Assembly (NCBI GenBank): GCA_038106515.1
Contig: JAYODZ010000001.1
Span: 1-52,288 of the forward strand
Direction: 5' to 3'
DNA length: 52,288 nt
Origin: Rhodobiaceae bacterium
Lineage (GTDB): Bacteria > Pseudomonadota > Alphaproteobacteria > RS24
Position 1 is the first letter of the stretch. Every line of letters starts with the position of its first letter. Of the stretch, positions 20,193 to 30,610 are shown piece by piece. The position numbers and the translations under genes were made by a program. The notes below the pieces were generated by a model that searched no databases, had not been told where the DNA came from, and worked only from the letters and a program-made list of their open reading frames with translations.

Positions 20193-21245
20193 TTAGCGCT
20201 GAGCGGCGCGCGCCAGTCTTAACAAATCATAAGCGACACGAGTTTCGGGTCGGCTTCCTGTTTGACGGCAAGCTAATTCGGTTTCGCGCAATATGTCGAG
20301 TGCGGCTTCGATTTTACGACGGCTCCAGGCGCCGCACTGGCGCTCAACCAGGGGCTTACGCTTAAAGTGCAGCGGCGGCCTGAAGCTTTTGAGGGCTTCG
20401 TCGCGCGGCATGCCATTTTCCATTTTGCTTTTAGCTAAATGCAAAACCTGCAGGTGTCGGCGTACGGCGCTGATGATGGCTTCTGGCCGCGTTCCCGTCA
20501 GGATCAGGCGATTAAACATCTTATCAGCATTGGCCAATGCGCCGAGCGCTACGGCATCAATCAAGCCATCAAGTGCCGCGTGGCTTTGATCGTGCATCGC
20601 CTCGTAAACATCATCAAGCGTTACAACGCTACCATTGGGGCGGGCGCTTCCCTTCGGGCCTTTATAGAGCACGAGACGTTCAACCTCGCGGCGGGCAACG
20701 CCGCGATCGGTGCCCAGGAGATCGCGTAGGCTCGCCAGTGCGGCGGCGTCTATTTTAAGATCATCAGCGGCGAGGGTGTCGCGTATCAAGGCCTCGATTT
20801 CGCGCGGATCCGCTTCGTAAAACGGTAGCGCCAAGCCGGCAGCGTCGGCTTCCACGCGCTTGCGTAAGCCAGAGGCCGGGGTCAGATTGCCAGCCTCGAC
20901 AATCACCAGTGCCTCTTTAATTGGACCTTGGTCTAAATAATTTTCAACGGCCTTGCGACTGGCCTCCTGACCGCCGCGGAGCATTATCAGCTTGTCGCCA
21001 CCAAACATAGGCAGGCTGGCGGCCTCGTCGCGTAACCGCGCGGCATCGCCCGCGAGGTCTGTTTCGCTTAAATCACTGCGCTGTAAGGGGTCGGGGGTGG
21101 GCCCAAGAAAAATAGCGCCGAGAGCTTGAGCTGTGTCACGTATGGCGCCCTGATCGCGACCATAAAGTAAGATGACACGACCGCCGCCATCTTTGGCAGA
21201 AAACTGCCTGACAAAGCCATCGACCTTGCTTGCCGCGAGTTTCAT
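20193..21245 (-). CDS. holA: DNA polymerase III delta subunit
   Basis: 350 aa with VILLYGRDQGAIRD near the N-terminus, in the conserved leuS-lptE-holA arrangement. Confidence 0.85.
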   Translation of the reverse strand: MKLAASKVDGFVRQFSAKDGGGRVILLYGRDQGAIRDTAQALGAIFLGPTPDPLQRSDLSETDLAGDAARLRDEAASLPMFGGDKLIMLRGGQEASRKAVENYLDQGPIKEALVIVEAGNLTPASGLRKRVEADAAGLALPFYEADPREIEALIRDTLAADDLKIDAAALASLRDLLGTDRGVARREVERLVLYKGPKGSARPNGSVVTLDDVYEAMHDQSHAALDGLIDAVALGALANADKMFNRLILTGTRPEAIISAVRRHLQVLHLAKSKMENGMPRDEALKSFRPPLHFKRKPLVERQCGAWSRRKIEAALDILRETELACRQTGSRPETRVAYDLLRLARAAQR

Positions 21246-21733
21246 TATTTTTTCGGTCGGACTTGCAAAATGGCCTGTTGTAGGCGTGTGGCAACACTGC
21301 GCACGAGATTAATCCGGGCGCGATCTTGTTCAAAGCGCGCGTCAAGTTCTGACTCTGGGGCTGTATAGCTGACATCTTGCGAAATCTGTCCGCGCTTAAC
21401 CGAGCCGTCTTCACGATTCGTTAGCTCATAAGTCAACGTCAGGTGCATCGTTTCACGCGCGCCCTCGCGCTTGTCGTCGATATTTTCTTCGTAAATATTT
21501 TCCTGTGCCTGAACGCTCAAGCCGAGCAGCGCGTCGTCTTGCAGAATGATTTGCTGCTCGAGACGTTCGCGTAAACTCTCTGCTGCATCGCCACGAATAT
21601 CAAGCCGATAGACAGTGACTTTAGGCAGGGCGCCTTCTTTATAAATCGGTGTGAAGCCGCAGGCCGCGACGACCAATAGGCCGCCAACGATGCTGAGGCG
21701 TGCGATAAAAGCTCTAGGGTTTAACAACGACAT
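21245..21733 (-). CDS. lptE: LPS-assembly lipoprotein LptE
   Basis: Lipobox LLVVAACG, 162 aa, position between leuS and holA. Confidence 0.8.
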   Translation of the reverse strand: MSLLNPRAFIARLSIVGGLLVVAACGFTPIYKEGALPKVTVYRLDIRGDAAESLRERLEQQIILQDDALLGLSVQAQENIYEENIDDKREGARETMHLTLTYELTNREDGSVKRGQISQDVSYTAPESELDARFEQDRARINLVRSVATRLQQAILQVRPKK

Positions 21734-24314
21734 TCACAATCCGTCCCGGTACGACAATAATTTTGCCGATGACGCCATCCCCGATTAACGACTGCACGCG
21801 CGGATCGGCCATCACCATGGCCTCTATACTAGCTTTATCCGCGTCAGATGGAACATTTATTTCGTGGCGTTTTTTGCCATTGATCTGGATCGGGAGAACG
21901 ACATGATCGCTTCTCAGCACGCTTTCATCTGCTGTCGGCCAAGCTGTTTGCGCGAGGATTGCCTCGTGCCCAAGCCGTTTCCAGCAACTCTCGGCCAGAT
22001 GGGGCATCATTGGGCCAATTAATGTCACCAGCGTTTCGCAGCTAGCGCGCACCACGGCCTGTTCAGCGGGCGTTTGCGGCTTGGCGTCGCTCAGGCTATT
22101 GGCCAATTCGTAGATGCGGGCGACGGCGCGATTAAACGACAGTGCCTCGAGGTCGCGCGTAACGTTATAGAGCGCTGTATGCGCGGCTTTATAAAGCGTG
22201 CCCGCCAGTCCGTCATGTTGCGGCGCGTGATCGGCGGTAGAGGTTTCCCTCGCGACTCTGTCCACCAAGCGCCAAATGCGCTGCACAAACCGCCAAGCCC
22301 CCTCGACACCCGCTTCGGTCCATTGCACATCGCGTTCCGGCGGTGAATCGGAAAGCATGAACCAGCGCGCGGTATCAGCGCCATATTGGGCGATAATATG
22401 GGTTGGGTCGATGACATTGCGTTTTGACTTCGACATTTTTTCGACGCCGCCAACGCGTACCGAAACAGCTGGGTCATCGCGCAAATGAGCCGAACCATCG
22501 CTACCGATGACAACCTCGTCGGGCGCCAACCATTTGCCTTCGGGGGATTTATAGGTCTCGTGATTGACCATGCCTTGGGTAAACAGACCGGCAAAAGGCT
22601 CTTTGACTTCGACATGCCCGACCTCGGCCATGGCACGGGTAAAAAATCGGGCATAAAGAAGATGCAAAATCGCGTGCTCGATACCGCCAATATACTGATC
22701 AACTGGCAGCCAAGCCTTGGCGTGATCGGGGTTGGTTGGCCGCGCATCGTGCCGCGAGGTGAAGCGGGCAAAATACCAGCTGCTATCGACAAATGTATCG
22801 AAGGTGTCGGTCTCGCGTATCGCCGCTTGGCCGCATTTTGGACAGGCGACGTGCTTCCAATTTGGGTGGCGCTCAAGTGGATTGCCGGGGCGATCAAAAC
22901 TCACATCTTCCGGCAATTTCACTGGCAAATCTTGCCGCGGAACGGGAACTACGCCGCAGCCATCACAGTGGATTACGGGGATTGGGCAGCCCCAATAGCG
23001 CTGCCGCGAAATCCCCCAGTCCCGCAGGCGGAAATTAACTTTGCGCTCACCGGATTGGTTTTTCTCAAAGCTGTCGATGACCGTTGCGCGCGCCTCAGCT
23101 GGCGTCAGGCCATTGAGCTCGCGCGAGTTTATCATCGTGCCGTCACCCACATAGGCTTCATTTTCGATCACGAAACTGTCCGCAGCTCGATCGCTAGGGC
23201 AAACAACCGGCGTTACCGGCAAGTCATATTTGCGGGCAAAGTCGAGGTCGCGCTGATCATGCGCCGGGCAAGCGAAAATCGCTCCAGTGCCATAGTCCAT
23301 AAGGACAAAATTGGCGATGTAGACAGGCAGACGCCACTTGGGATCGAGCGGGTGGAGAACCTCAAGCCCCGTGGCGAGGCCTTCTTTTTCGGCCGCTTCG
23401 ATTTCGCTGGCGCTGGTGCCGCGCTGCGCACATTTTTTACGGAAAGCTTCAATAGCGGCGTCGGTCTTCGCCAACTCCACGGCGAGTGGATGATCGGGAG
23501 AGATAGCACAAAAACTGGCGCCATAGAGCGTATCGGGCCGTGTCGTGTAAACTTCAATATGCGAGACCGGGGCACTGTCTTGGCAAATTTGAAAGCGGAA
23601 CTGCAAGCCCTCAGAACGGCCAATCCAGTTGGCCTGCATGAGGCGAACTTTTTCGGGCCAGCGTTCAAGCTCGGCTAACCCTGCCAGCAAATCATCGGCA
23701 AAGCGGGTGATCTTAAAAAACCATTGCGTTAAGGTGCGTTGCTCGACTGGTGCGCCCGATCGCCAACCCTTGCCATCAATCACTTGTTCATTGGCGAGCA
23801 CGGTTTGGTCAACGGGGTCCCAATTGACCTTGCTGTCGCGGCGGTCAATCAAGCCGGCTTCGAGAAAATCGAGAAACATGGCCTGTTCGTGCTGGTAATA
23901 TTCAGGATCGCAGGTCGCGAATTCGCGGCTCCAATCGATCGCCAACCCCATCGACTGGAGTTGCTTGCGCATCACCGCGATATTTTCATAGGTCCAAGTC
24001 CCGGGGTGCGAGTTTTTTTCCATGGCGGCGTTTTCGGCGGGCATGCCGAACGCGTCCCACCCCATCGGGTGCAGGACATGAAACCCTTGCGCCATTTTAA
24101 AGCGAGCAATGACATCGCCCATTGTGTAATTGCGCACATGCCCCATGTGGATCCGGCCCGAGGGATAGGGAAACATTTCGAGGACATAATATTTCGGTCG
24201 CGGATCTGTGGTCGGGTCGCCTGCCTCAAAACACCTTGCTTCGGCCCAGGTGGTTTGCCAAATAGGCTCGTGGTCGGCTGGAACATAGCGCGCCACTTCA
24301 GGTGATGTGCTCAT
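21714..24314 (-). CDS. leuS: Leucine--tRNA ligase
   Basis: 866 aa with HMGHVRNY (HIGH) and KMSKSKRN (KMSKS) motifs. Confidence 0.97.
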   Translation of the reverse strand: MSTSPEVARYVPADHEPIWQTTWAEARCFEAGDPTTDPRPKYYVLEMFPYPSGRIHMGHVRNYTMGDVIARFKMAQGFHVLHPMGWDAFGMPAENAAMEKNSHPGTWTYENIAVMRKQLQSMGLAIDWSREFATCDPEYYQHEQAMFLDFLEAGLIDRRDSKVNWDPVDQTVLANEQVIDGKGWRSGAPVEQRTLTQWFFKITRFADDLLAGLAELERWPEKVRLMQANWIGRSEGLQFRFQICQDSAPVSHIEVYTTRPDTLYGASFCAISPDHPLAVELAKTDAAIEAFRKKCAQRGTSASEIEAAEKEGLATGLEVLHPLDPKWRLPVYIANFVLMDYGTGAIFACPAHDQRDLDFARKYDLPVTPVVCPSDRAADSFVIENEAYVGDGTMINSRELNGLTPAEARATVIDSFEKNQSGERKVNFRLRDWGISRQRYWGCPIPVIHCDGCGVVPVPRQDLPVKLPEDVSFDRPGNPLERHPNWKHVACPKCGQAAIRETDTFDTFVDSSWYFARFTSRHDARPTNPDHAKAWLPVDQYIGGIEHAILHLLYARFFTRAMAEVGHVEVKEPFAGLFTQGMVNHETYKSPEGKWLAPDEVVIGSDGSAHLRDDPAVSVRVGGVEKMSKSKRNVIDPTHIIAQYGADTARWFMLSDSPPERDVQWTEAGVEGAWRFVQRIWRLVDRVARETSTADHAPQHDGLAGTLYKAAHTALYNVTRDLEALSFNRAVARIYELANSLSDAKPQTPAEQAVVRASCETLVTLIGPMMPHLAESCWKRLGHEAILAQTAWPTADESVLRSDHVVLPIQINGKKRHEINVPSDADKASIEAMVMADPRVQSLIGDGVIGKIIVVPGRIVNVVVKP

Positions 24315-24319
24315 GGTGC

Positions 24320-24853
24320 TTAGTCTTTTCGGCTCGACTTGCCGGCGATACGGAATTCGCGTGCGCGCACCAGAATGACATCTTCCAATTGGCGCTGCGT
24401 TGCGATGGCCGTCGGCACGCTGACCCAGCCATTTTCATTTCTTTGCTCACGGAAAATGCTGACCCGCAAGGCATCGGCGCGGAGTTCTGTATCGAGGATG
24501 AAAATCGTGACCTTGATCCGCTCATTCAGATTTGCGGGATCGATATGCCAATCCGTGATGATGACGCCACCCACGGGGTCTGCTGAGACCAGCGGCATAA
24601 AACTAATTGTATCTAAGGCCGCCCGCCACAAATCGGCATTGACCCCGATCTCAGCGGGTGCCGCGCTGTCTTTATTGTTTGAGAAAAGCGAGAAGCCGCC
24701 GCCAGAAAATAACGAGCCGGCACTGTCATCGACACGAGACTTGGTCGGGTAGTCATGTTCAACCGTTGGTGATCCGCCGCAAGCGACAAGCGCGCTGCAC
24801 ATGAGTGCGACAACGGAAAGGCGTTTGATCCGGTCATGCCTCTGAAATGTCAT
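24320..24853 (-). CDS. DUF3576-like lipoprotein
   Basis: Signal peptide plus lipobox ALVACGG, 177 aa. The family call is from memory of the leuS-adjacent lipoprotein conserved in alphaproteobacteria. Confidence 0.6.
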   Translation of the reverse strand: MTFQRHDRIKRLSVVALMCSALVACGGSPTVEHDYPTKSRVDDSAGSLFSGGGFSLFSNNKDSAAPAEIGVNADLWRAALDTISFMPLVSADPVGGVIITDWHIDPANLNERIKVTIFILDTELRADALRVSIFREQRNENGWVSVPTAIATQRQLEDVILVRAREFRIAGKSSRKD

Positions 24854-24901
24854 TGGAAACCCTCTGAACTGAAACCCAAAATCTGCATCAAACTAGGCCG
24901 C

Positions 24902-25477
24902 TTAGGGAGAAAAGTAAAGTCTCGACAAGCCGCTTATACCGTCTATTGCAGCAATCTTAGCGCGGGCGCAGGCAATACCGAAAAGGGCGCGCGCGGATTG
25001 ACGCGTCATGCCGCCAAGTGCCGCCGGCGATAGACCAAAACGACGCGCTTGCTGGGCGAGAAGATGGTATTTTACCCGCCCCAGCCCGCGCGCCGCTGGG
25101 TGCGATTGTGTGCGGAAGACGGGGCTGATGAGCGCTAGCTGAGCGCCCATATCAGAGGCTTTTTTGAGGTCATGGGCATGATGAATGGCCGCACTATGCC
25201 ACAGCGCGTTTCGCCCGGGGTGTAAAACGGGCGCGCCGCGCTGTAAATCTCGTTCACTGAGATGCACGCCGATATTGAGGCGCAGGGCGAGCCGCCTATC
25301 GCCAGCAATAGCGCAACTGATCCCGCGGGCCTTGCACAGATCGCGAATGGCGCGGGCATATTTCACGCGCTGCGGGTGGTCATAATCGCGAATAATGACG
25401 TGATCGCCACGCTTCAGATCACGGATCACGCTTTGCCAATCGGGTTGCCGTCCGCGATCGGTCATAAATATGCGCAT
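24902..25477 (-). CDS. Thiamine phosphate synthase (ThiE/TenI)-like protein
   Basis: 191 aa TIM-barrel-like pattern (VIIRDYDH...LCKARGISCAIAGD...GVHL...ISPVFRTQSHP). Confidence 0.6.
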   Translation of the reverse strand: MRIFMTDRGRQPDWQSVIRDLKRGDHVIIRDYDHPQRVKYARAIRDLCKARGISCAIAGDRRLALRLNIGVHLSERDLQRGAPVLHPGRNALWHSAAIHHAHDLKKASDMGAQLALISPVFRTQSHPAARGLGRVKYHLLAQQARRFGLSPAALGGMTRQSARALFGIACARAKIAAIDGISGLSRLYFSP

Positions 25478-25563
25478 GAGACAAACATTCCTGTGGTTGC
25501 GAAACGCAACATATTATATCACTAAATTATGAACTTAGGACAGCCTCGCCTTCAGGTGCCGCG

Positions 25564-26226
25564 ATGACGGCCGTCTATGATGATATTTTGCGTCGCATCG
25601 CAACAGCGGAAAACGATTGGCAACGTCAGGGTGCGGTGCGGTTGATTGCCGTGAGCAAAACGTTTGATGCGCCCGCCATTGAGCCCCTTTTAACGGCTGG
25701 GCATCGTGTATTTGGAGAGAACCGCGTGCAAGAAGCCAAAACCAAATGGCCAGCCTTGCGCGCCGCCTATCCCGACATCGAATTGCACCTGATCGGCCCG
25801 CTGCAGACCAATAAGCTGGCCGATGCGTTGGCGCTGTTTGATGTTATTCATACTTTGGATCGACCGAAGCTGGCGGCCAAGCTGGCCGATGCGCGCGATC
25901 GGGGGGCGGTTTTGCCACGGCTGTTTGTGCAAGTTAATACTGGCGAAGAGCCGCAAAAGGCTGGCGTCGCGCCCCAAGCCTTGCCGGAATTTTTGGCGCT
26001 TTGCCGGCAAACTTACGGCCTAAAGCCCGAAGGCTTAATGTGTATCCCACCGGTTGAGGATGTCGCCGCGCCACATTTTGCCTTGCTACATGAATTGGCG
26101 AAAGCCAATGATGTGGCCGAGTTGAGCATGGGTATGAGCGACGATTTTGAGGCGGCGATAGCGCAAGGCGCCAGCTATATTCGTGTTGGCCGTGCTTTAT
26201 TTGGCGCTCGTGACACGGCGATTTAA
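25564..26226 (+). CDS. YggS family pyridoxal-phosphate homeostasis protein
   Basis: AVSKTF PLP-Lys motif, HLIGPLQTNK and SMGMSDDFEAAI. Confidence 0.92.
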   Translation: MTAVYDDILRRIATAENDWQRQGAVRLIAVSKTFDAPAIEPLLTAGHRVFGENRVQEAKTKWPALRAAYPDIELHLIGPLQTNKLADALALFDVIHTLDRPKLAAKLADARDRGAVLPRLFVQVNTGEEPQKAGVAPQALPEFLALCRQTYGLKPEGLMCIPPVEDVAAPHFALLHELAKANDVAELSMGMSDDFEAAIAQGASYIRVGRALFGARDTAI

Positions 26227-26753
26227 CAAGGCTTTGCGCGATTGCGAATGAGCAAGCGCGTGGCGGTGGAAACAAGCGGTATGAGGTGCATCATATGATC
26301 GCGAGAGATCGCGACACAGCCGCGCGTCGGCTGGTAGTTGTTTTTCTCAAGATGTAGAAAAATCGCACTGCCAGCGCCGCTAATCGCGGGCGCGTCATTG
26401 TAGCCGATTTCAAAAAAGGCGTCATAAAGGCCGTCGTCGCGCCACAAATGCTCGTGGCTAAAAGCGTGCGGGCGCCGCACTGGCTTATTATAGTCAGGAT
26501 CTTCGGGGTCATCGGACCAACCATCCAGTGGGTCTATGGCGCGTTGCGGCAAAGGCCCAGCAGGCGGCGTGAAGCGATCGGCACGATACCACAGGCGACG
26601 TAGGGCAAAAGTGCCGAGTGGGGTTTTGCCATCGCCCTCAATTTTTTGATTGGAAAAGCCAGCGGCGCCAATGGCGCAAGGCCAAAGCGCGGCGTTGACG
26701 GCCAAATAGCCGCGCGCTTGTTCATCAGCGGCGAATAACTCTAAACTAAGCAT
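26223..26753 (-). CDS. L,D-transpeptidase catalytic-fold (YkuD-like) protein, no signal peptide evident
   Basis: GSAIFLHLEKNNYQPTRGCVAI matches the His...Thr-x-Gly-Cys active-site pattern. Confidence 0.75.
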   Translation of the reverse strand: MLSLELFAADEQARGYLAVNAALWPCAIGAAGFSNQKIEGDGKTPLGTFALRRLWYRADRFTPPAGPLPQRAIDPLDGWSDDPEDPDYNKPVRRPHAFSHEHLWRDDGLYDAFFEIGYNDAPAISGAGSAIFLHLEKNNYQPTRGCVAISRDHMMHLIPLVSTATRLLIRNRAKPC

Positions 26754-26846
26754 AGGCTATCAAATTGCATTTCTCGAAAAAACACTAATTGTTTTTTAGG
26801 GTTTTGATGATATCGCTGAATATTAGAGGATGGCGGCGGAGAGGTA

Positions 26847-27551
26847 ATGGCGGTTACGCATAAAATATTACTGGTCGATGATGATGTGATCTTCGCTGAA
26901 ACCCTGCAAGAGCAATTTCGACTGCATGATGAATTGCAGGTTGAGCTAGCAGCGACGGCGGCTGAAGCACGCGAGAAAATAATGTCGCGTCGCTATGATC
27001 TGGTCATTATGGATGTAGGCTTGCCCGATCAAGACGGCCGCGAGACGTGTCGAGCTTTGCGCAATCAAGACGTGTCGATCCCGATTATCATGCTGACGGG
27101 TGCGGCGAGCGATGCCGATACGATTTTGGGGCTTGAGGCGGGCGCCAATGATTACGTGACCAAGCCCTTTAAATTCGGCGTATTGCTGGCTCGCATGCGG
27201 GCGCATTTGCGGCAATATGAAAATATGGAACAAGCGAGCCTGACGCTCGGGCCGTTCATCTTCCAGCCGGCCTTGAAATTGCTGGAAACAGAAGCGGGCG
27301 AGAAGGTACGCCTGACCGAAAAAGAAACTCATATTTTGCGCTATCTTTATCGCGCGGGCGGCGTTGCGGTGCCGCGGCAAGAGCTTTTAAATGAAGTTTG
27401 GGGCTATAATGATCGTGTCTCGACGCATACGCTTGAGACCCATATTTACCGCTTGCGGCAAAAAATCGAGCCGCTGGCCGCCGATCTGTTGCAAACCGAA
27501 GCTGGCGGTTATCGCCTTAATTTAGCGAATAACGCCTCGACGCCGGCCTGA
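26847..27551 (+). CDS. OmpR/PhoB-family response regulator with no adjacent kinase. Possible CenR orthologue by synteny.
   Basis: Receiver domain (LLVDDD, DLVIMDVGLPDQDG, KPF) plus a winged helix (THTLETHIYRLRQKI...GGYRL). Confidence 0.9.
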   Translation: MAVTHKILLVDDDVIFAETLQEQFRLHDELQVELAATAAEAREKIMSRRYDLVIMDVGLPDQDGRETCRALRNQDVSIPIIMLTGAASDADTILGLEAGANDYVTKPFKFGVLLARMRAHLRQYENMEQASLTLGPFIFQPALKLLETEAGEKVRLTEKETHILRYLYRAGGVAVPRQELLNEVWGYNDRVSTHTLETHIYRLRQKIEPLAADLLQTEAGGYRLNLANNASTPA

Positions 27552-27997
27552 ACAGGGTAGCCGGTCGCGAAAGCGGCGGGCATGCGGCACGCTTTTCCAG
27601 TTGAGATTTTCATGGTCACGAAATCACTTAAGCCATAAGCGAGGCAAACTTGCCGCTCAACGCTTTGCATTTGAAACCGGCGCCGCAAACTTAAGCGCCC
27701 ATCATTGCCCGAGATCCAAGTGGCAATGGCGATCGTTTCATCCGGCATGGCGGCGCTGCGATAATCTATTTCGTGGCGCTTTACCACAAAGCCGACGTCG
27801 AATTCTTGGTAGCGGGCGAAGTCAAAGCCGAGCGCTTTCGAGTGGGCCCAGGCCGCCCGCGCCATCCAGCCGAGATAGACGACATTATTAACGTGTTGAA
27901 AGTCGTCAATGTCCTCGGGCCGCACAGCGATCGCGGAAATATGGGGGGTCGGAGCGACCCAGGCGAGATCTTGAACCATAAGATCGGCTCTTATCAC
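27509..27997 (-). CDS. Acyl-CoA thioesterase, 4HBT/YbgC-like hotdog fold
   Basis: HVNNVVYLGWMARAAWAHS motif, 162 aa. The exact start is uncertain. Confidence 0.8.
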   Translation of the reverse strand: MIRADLMVQDLAWVAPTPHISAIAVRPEDIDDFQHVNNVVYLGWMARAAWAHSKALGFDFARYQEFDVGFVVKRHEIDYRSAAMPDETIAIATWISGNDGRLSLRRRFQMQSVERQVCLAYGLSDFVTMKISTGKACRMPAAFATGYPVQAGVEALFAKLRR

Positions 27998-28070
27998 AGG
28001 ATCAAAAGCTTGTCATGCCTTGCCTCGCCTAGCTTCGCTGGGTAAGGTCGCGATCGCGGAGGATTTTGAC

Positions 28071-28550
28071 ATGCAAACACCCTTTTCTAGCCTCATGCAG
28101 GCGCAGGCCGATTACACGCGCGATCCCGAACAATGGCCACCAAATGTGCAAGCGGCGCGGAAAAAACCGTCGCCAGCTTCGGCCTATCTGGGGCTCGAGC
28201 TGATCGGTGTGAGCAAGACAGCGGGCTTGGCCGAAATGGCGTTTCACGCTAGCGACCAGCTTTGCAATAAATGGGGCGGTGTTCAGGGCGGCATGGTCGC
28301 GGCGATGCTTGACGATGCCATGGCCTTTGCGATAGGGCTCAATCTCGATTGGGGCCAAATCAGCCCGACGCTTGAAATTAAAGTGTCGATGTTGTCTCCG
28401 GTGCGGCCTGGTACAGTGTTTGGCTTGGGTCGGGTTATTCGCCGCGGACGCTCGGTCGGTTTTGTCGAAGGCGAATTGCGCGATACTGAAGGCAATTTAT
28501 TGGCAACGGGATCGACAACAGCAAATTTCGTGACGCTGAAGAAGAAGTAA
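28071..28550 (+). CDS. PaaI-family hotdog thioesterase
   Basis: GGVQGGMVAAMLDDAM motif. The ATG at 28071 is preceded by GCGGAGGA. The ORF-track start at 28020 is less likely. Confidence 0.82.
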   Translation: MQTPFSSLMQAQADYTRDPEQWPPNVQAARKKPSPASAYLGLELIGVSKTAGLAEMAFHASDQLCNKWGGVQGGMVAAMLDDAMAFAIGLNLDWGQISPTLEIKVSMLSPVRPGTVFGLGRVIRRGRSVGFVEGELRDTEGNLLATGSTTANFVTLKKK

Positions 28551-28562
28551 GGGCGGCTTTCT

Positions 28563-29360
28563 TTACTCGGCGAGATCGACAATCACCGGCACATGGTCGG
28601 AGGGGCGTTCCCAGCTGCGCGCAGGGCGCAAAATTTCAAAATGGCTCAAAGACTTTTTCAACGGCGGCGTCACCCAGATATGGTCGAGCCGCCGACCACG
28701 GTCGGCGCTGTCCCAGTCGCGGGCGCGGTAACTCCACCAGCTATAAAGTTTTTCAGCTTCAGGCACGAAGTGACGCGCGACATCAGTCCAGTCGAGCGTT
28801 CGTCGTAAATCGGCCAGCCTTTCGCGCTCGATCGGCGTGTGACTGACGACTTTGTTCAATTGCTTGCTCGACCAAACATCATGTTCAAAGGGTGCGATAT
28901 TCAAATCCCCGACCAGCACCAAAGACTGTTTCGTTGATTGCGCGCCAAAGCGCTCGATCATTTCATCGAGAAAGGCGAGCTTATGGGCAAACTTATCATT
29001 GATGTCGGGGTCGGGTTCGTCACCGCCAGCGGGCACATAAAAATTATGGACGGTGAGTTTTTTGCGTCCGAGCTTGTGCGTTGTTGCAACATGTCGCCCA
29101 TCACCCTTTTCGCAATAATCGATAATTTCGGTGTCGAGGAATGGCGCGCGCGCCAGTGTTGCAACGCCGTGATAACCCTTAATGCCATTGACCGCCATAT
29201 GCGCAAAGCCAGCTTTCTTAAAAACTTTCTCGGGAAAGCTGTCATTCGGGCATTTAATCTCCTGCAGACAGATGATGTCGGGCCGCAGCGCCTTGATCAT
29301 GTCGAGAACCAGCGGCGCCCTGAGCCGAACCGAATTTATATTCCAGGTAACGATACGCAT
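28563..29360 (-). CDS. xthA: Exodeoxyribonuclease III
   Basis: MRIVTWNINS, LQEIK and SDHVPV motifs, 265 aa. Confidence 0.95.
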   Translation of the reverse strand: MRIVTWNINSVRLRAPLVLDMIKALRPDIICLQEIKCPNDSFPEKVFKKAGFAHMAVNGIKGYHGVATLARAPFLDTEIIDYCEKGDGRHVATTHKLGRKKLTVHNFYVPAGGDEPDPDINDKFAHKLAFLDEMIERFGAQSTKQSLVLVGDLNIAPFEHDVWSSKQLNKVVSHTPIERERLADLRRTLDWTDVARHFVPEAEKLYSWWSYRARDWDSADRGRRLDHIWVTPPLKKSLSHFEILRPARSWERPSDHVPVIVDLAE

Positions 29361-29372
29361 GCGGACCTCTGG

Positions 29373-30020
29373 CTAGAAGAGATTGAAAGAGCGTCCAGTG
29401 ATCGACACGGGCCAACGGCCGATCGCGAAGAGGCGGTATTTGACAAAAAGAGGATGGCGCGACAATTCCTCGATGTCGGTGTCCGTATCATTGAGCAGCG
29501 CGTCGGCATGCGCTGCGGCGACCGCCAGCAAGGCCCCAAAACTCGCTTGCTGTGCTGCGCCGACCATTAGCTCAAGCAGCGCATCGGCGTTCTCATCGCT
29601 GAGGCTAAGCGCCTCTTCGGCGGCATCGCGGGCGCGGGGCGCGAGGCTGGCCGACAGATAGGTTAAAACAACCTCAAGCCCCTCAGGGGTGACGGCCCGT
29701 AACGCATCCTCAGTGACGGCGGCGCGCAATTGCTCCTCAGCCTCCCAAGCCTCGCTATTGAGATCCATGGTTTCGGCTGCATCTAAGGCGTCGTCCCAAT
29801 CGGGAATTTGCGCCAGTCGCGCATCGGGCAGGCCGAGGCCCGCGACATAAAGCTCGGCCAGCGCGATGGTTTGCGCATCGAGGCTTTCGCCTAGCTCGGA
29901 AAACCAATCGCCAGCAACAATCTCGTCAGCAAAATTACGCAACAGGCTCAAGATCGGTATTTCAGCTTCTAAGGCCAGCAAGGTCTCTGCGTCGGTGTCG
30001 GTGAAATCGTCTTCCTGCAT
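29373..30020 (-). CDS. Strongly acidic hypothetical protein
   Basis: 215 aa, Asp/Glu/Ala/Leu-rich, with no TM helix or signal peptide. The ATG at 30020-30018 overlaps the lolA stop by 1 nt. I recognise no family. Confidence 0.6.
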   Translation of the reverse strand: MQEDDFTDTDAETLLALEAEIPILSLLRNFADEIVAGDWFSELGESLDAQTIALAELYVAGLGLPDARLAQIPDWDDALDAAETMDLNSEAWEAEEQLRAAVTEDALRAVTPEGLEVVLTYLSASLAPRARDAAEEALSLSDENADALLELMVGAAQQASFGALLAVAAAHADALLNDTDTDIEELSRHPLFVKYRLFAIGRWPVSITGRSFNLF

Positions 30021-30610
30021 CACTCAAATTCCGTTTCGCTCTCATCAACAAAAAACAATAAATTCGGCAGGCTTTTGGGCTGCTTCACATGCGACAGATG
30101 AATTTGCGTAATTTGTTGTTGCATATCGCTGACGCGCCAGCCCAGCAAAGTAATTTCGGGAAAGGAAAACATGAGCTCCAAACGCCCGGCGCGCGGTTTG
30201 TCTTTGTCCATTAGTGTGACAACGGCGCGGCCTTCGAAAACATCGAAGCTTGCCAGATAATCGGTTTCATCGAGCCGCTCATCCGAGGCAATGAAACGAC
30301 CCAAGGGCGATGCTTTGAGCGGGTAATAATTAGCCTCTTTGCCCGGCTTTTTTTGGATCGTCAGCCAGGTGTTGCCCGCAATCACCACTTGCCCATTGGG
30401 CGGATTATACGAAAAGCGCATTTGCCCGGGCTTGCGATAGTAAAAATCACCGCGGGCGGTTTCGCCATTCGGCCCGATTTGTAAAAACCCAGCCTGCAAA
30501 TTCTCAATGGCGGTAAAATAATCTGCGATTTGGCGCAAGCCCTCTGGCGCGGCTTGCGCTGGCGCCGCCAGCATAACGGCGATCACGAAAACAAGCAGTC
30601 TGCCGGCCAT
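30020..30610 (-). CDS. lolA: Outer-membrane lipoprotein carrier protein LolA
   Basis: Signal peptide ending AQAAP, 196 aa, LolA-like beta-rich sequence, directly downstream of ftsK. Confidence 0.82.
   Translation of the reverse strand: MAGRLLVFVIAVMLAAPAQAAPEGLRQIADYFTAIENLQAGFLQIGPNGETARGDFYYRKPGQMRFSYNPPNGQVVIAGNTWLTIQKKPGKEANYYPLKASPLGRFIASDERLDETDYLASFDVFEGRAVVTLMDKDKPRAGRLELMFSFPEITLLGWRVSDMQQQITQIHLSHVKQPKSLPNLLFFVDESETEFE

Noticed and set aside
22485-23678. 397-aa plus-strand ORF, with a 268-aa minus-strand alternative-frame ORF at 22091-22897, inside leuS
   Set aside because: The region is fully explained by leuS, which carries HIGH and KMSKS motifs. The translations are low-complexity and Arg/Ala/Gly-rich, as is typical of shadow frames in GC-rich coding DNA.
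25478-25563. Possible TPP riboswitch upstream of the ThiE-like gene
   Set aside because: The 86-nt spacer lacks the conserved CUGAGA and ACCUGAUCUGGAUAAUGCCAGCG-type elements and is too short.
28938-29570. 210-aa plus-strand ORF spanning xthA and the acidic-protein gene
   Set aside because: It is antisense to two well-supported or coupled minus-strand genes and crosses their boundary. It has no recognisable domain.
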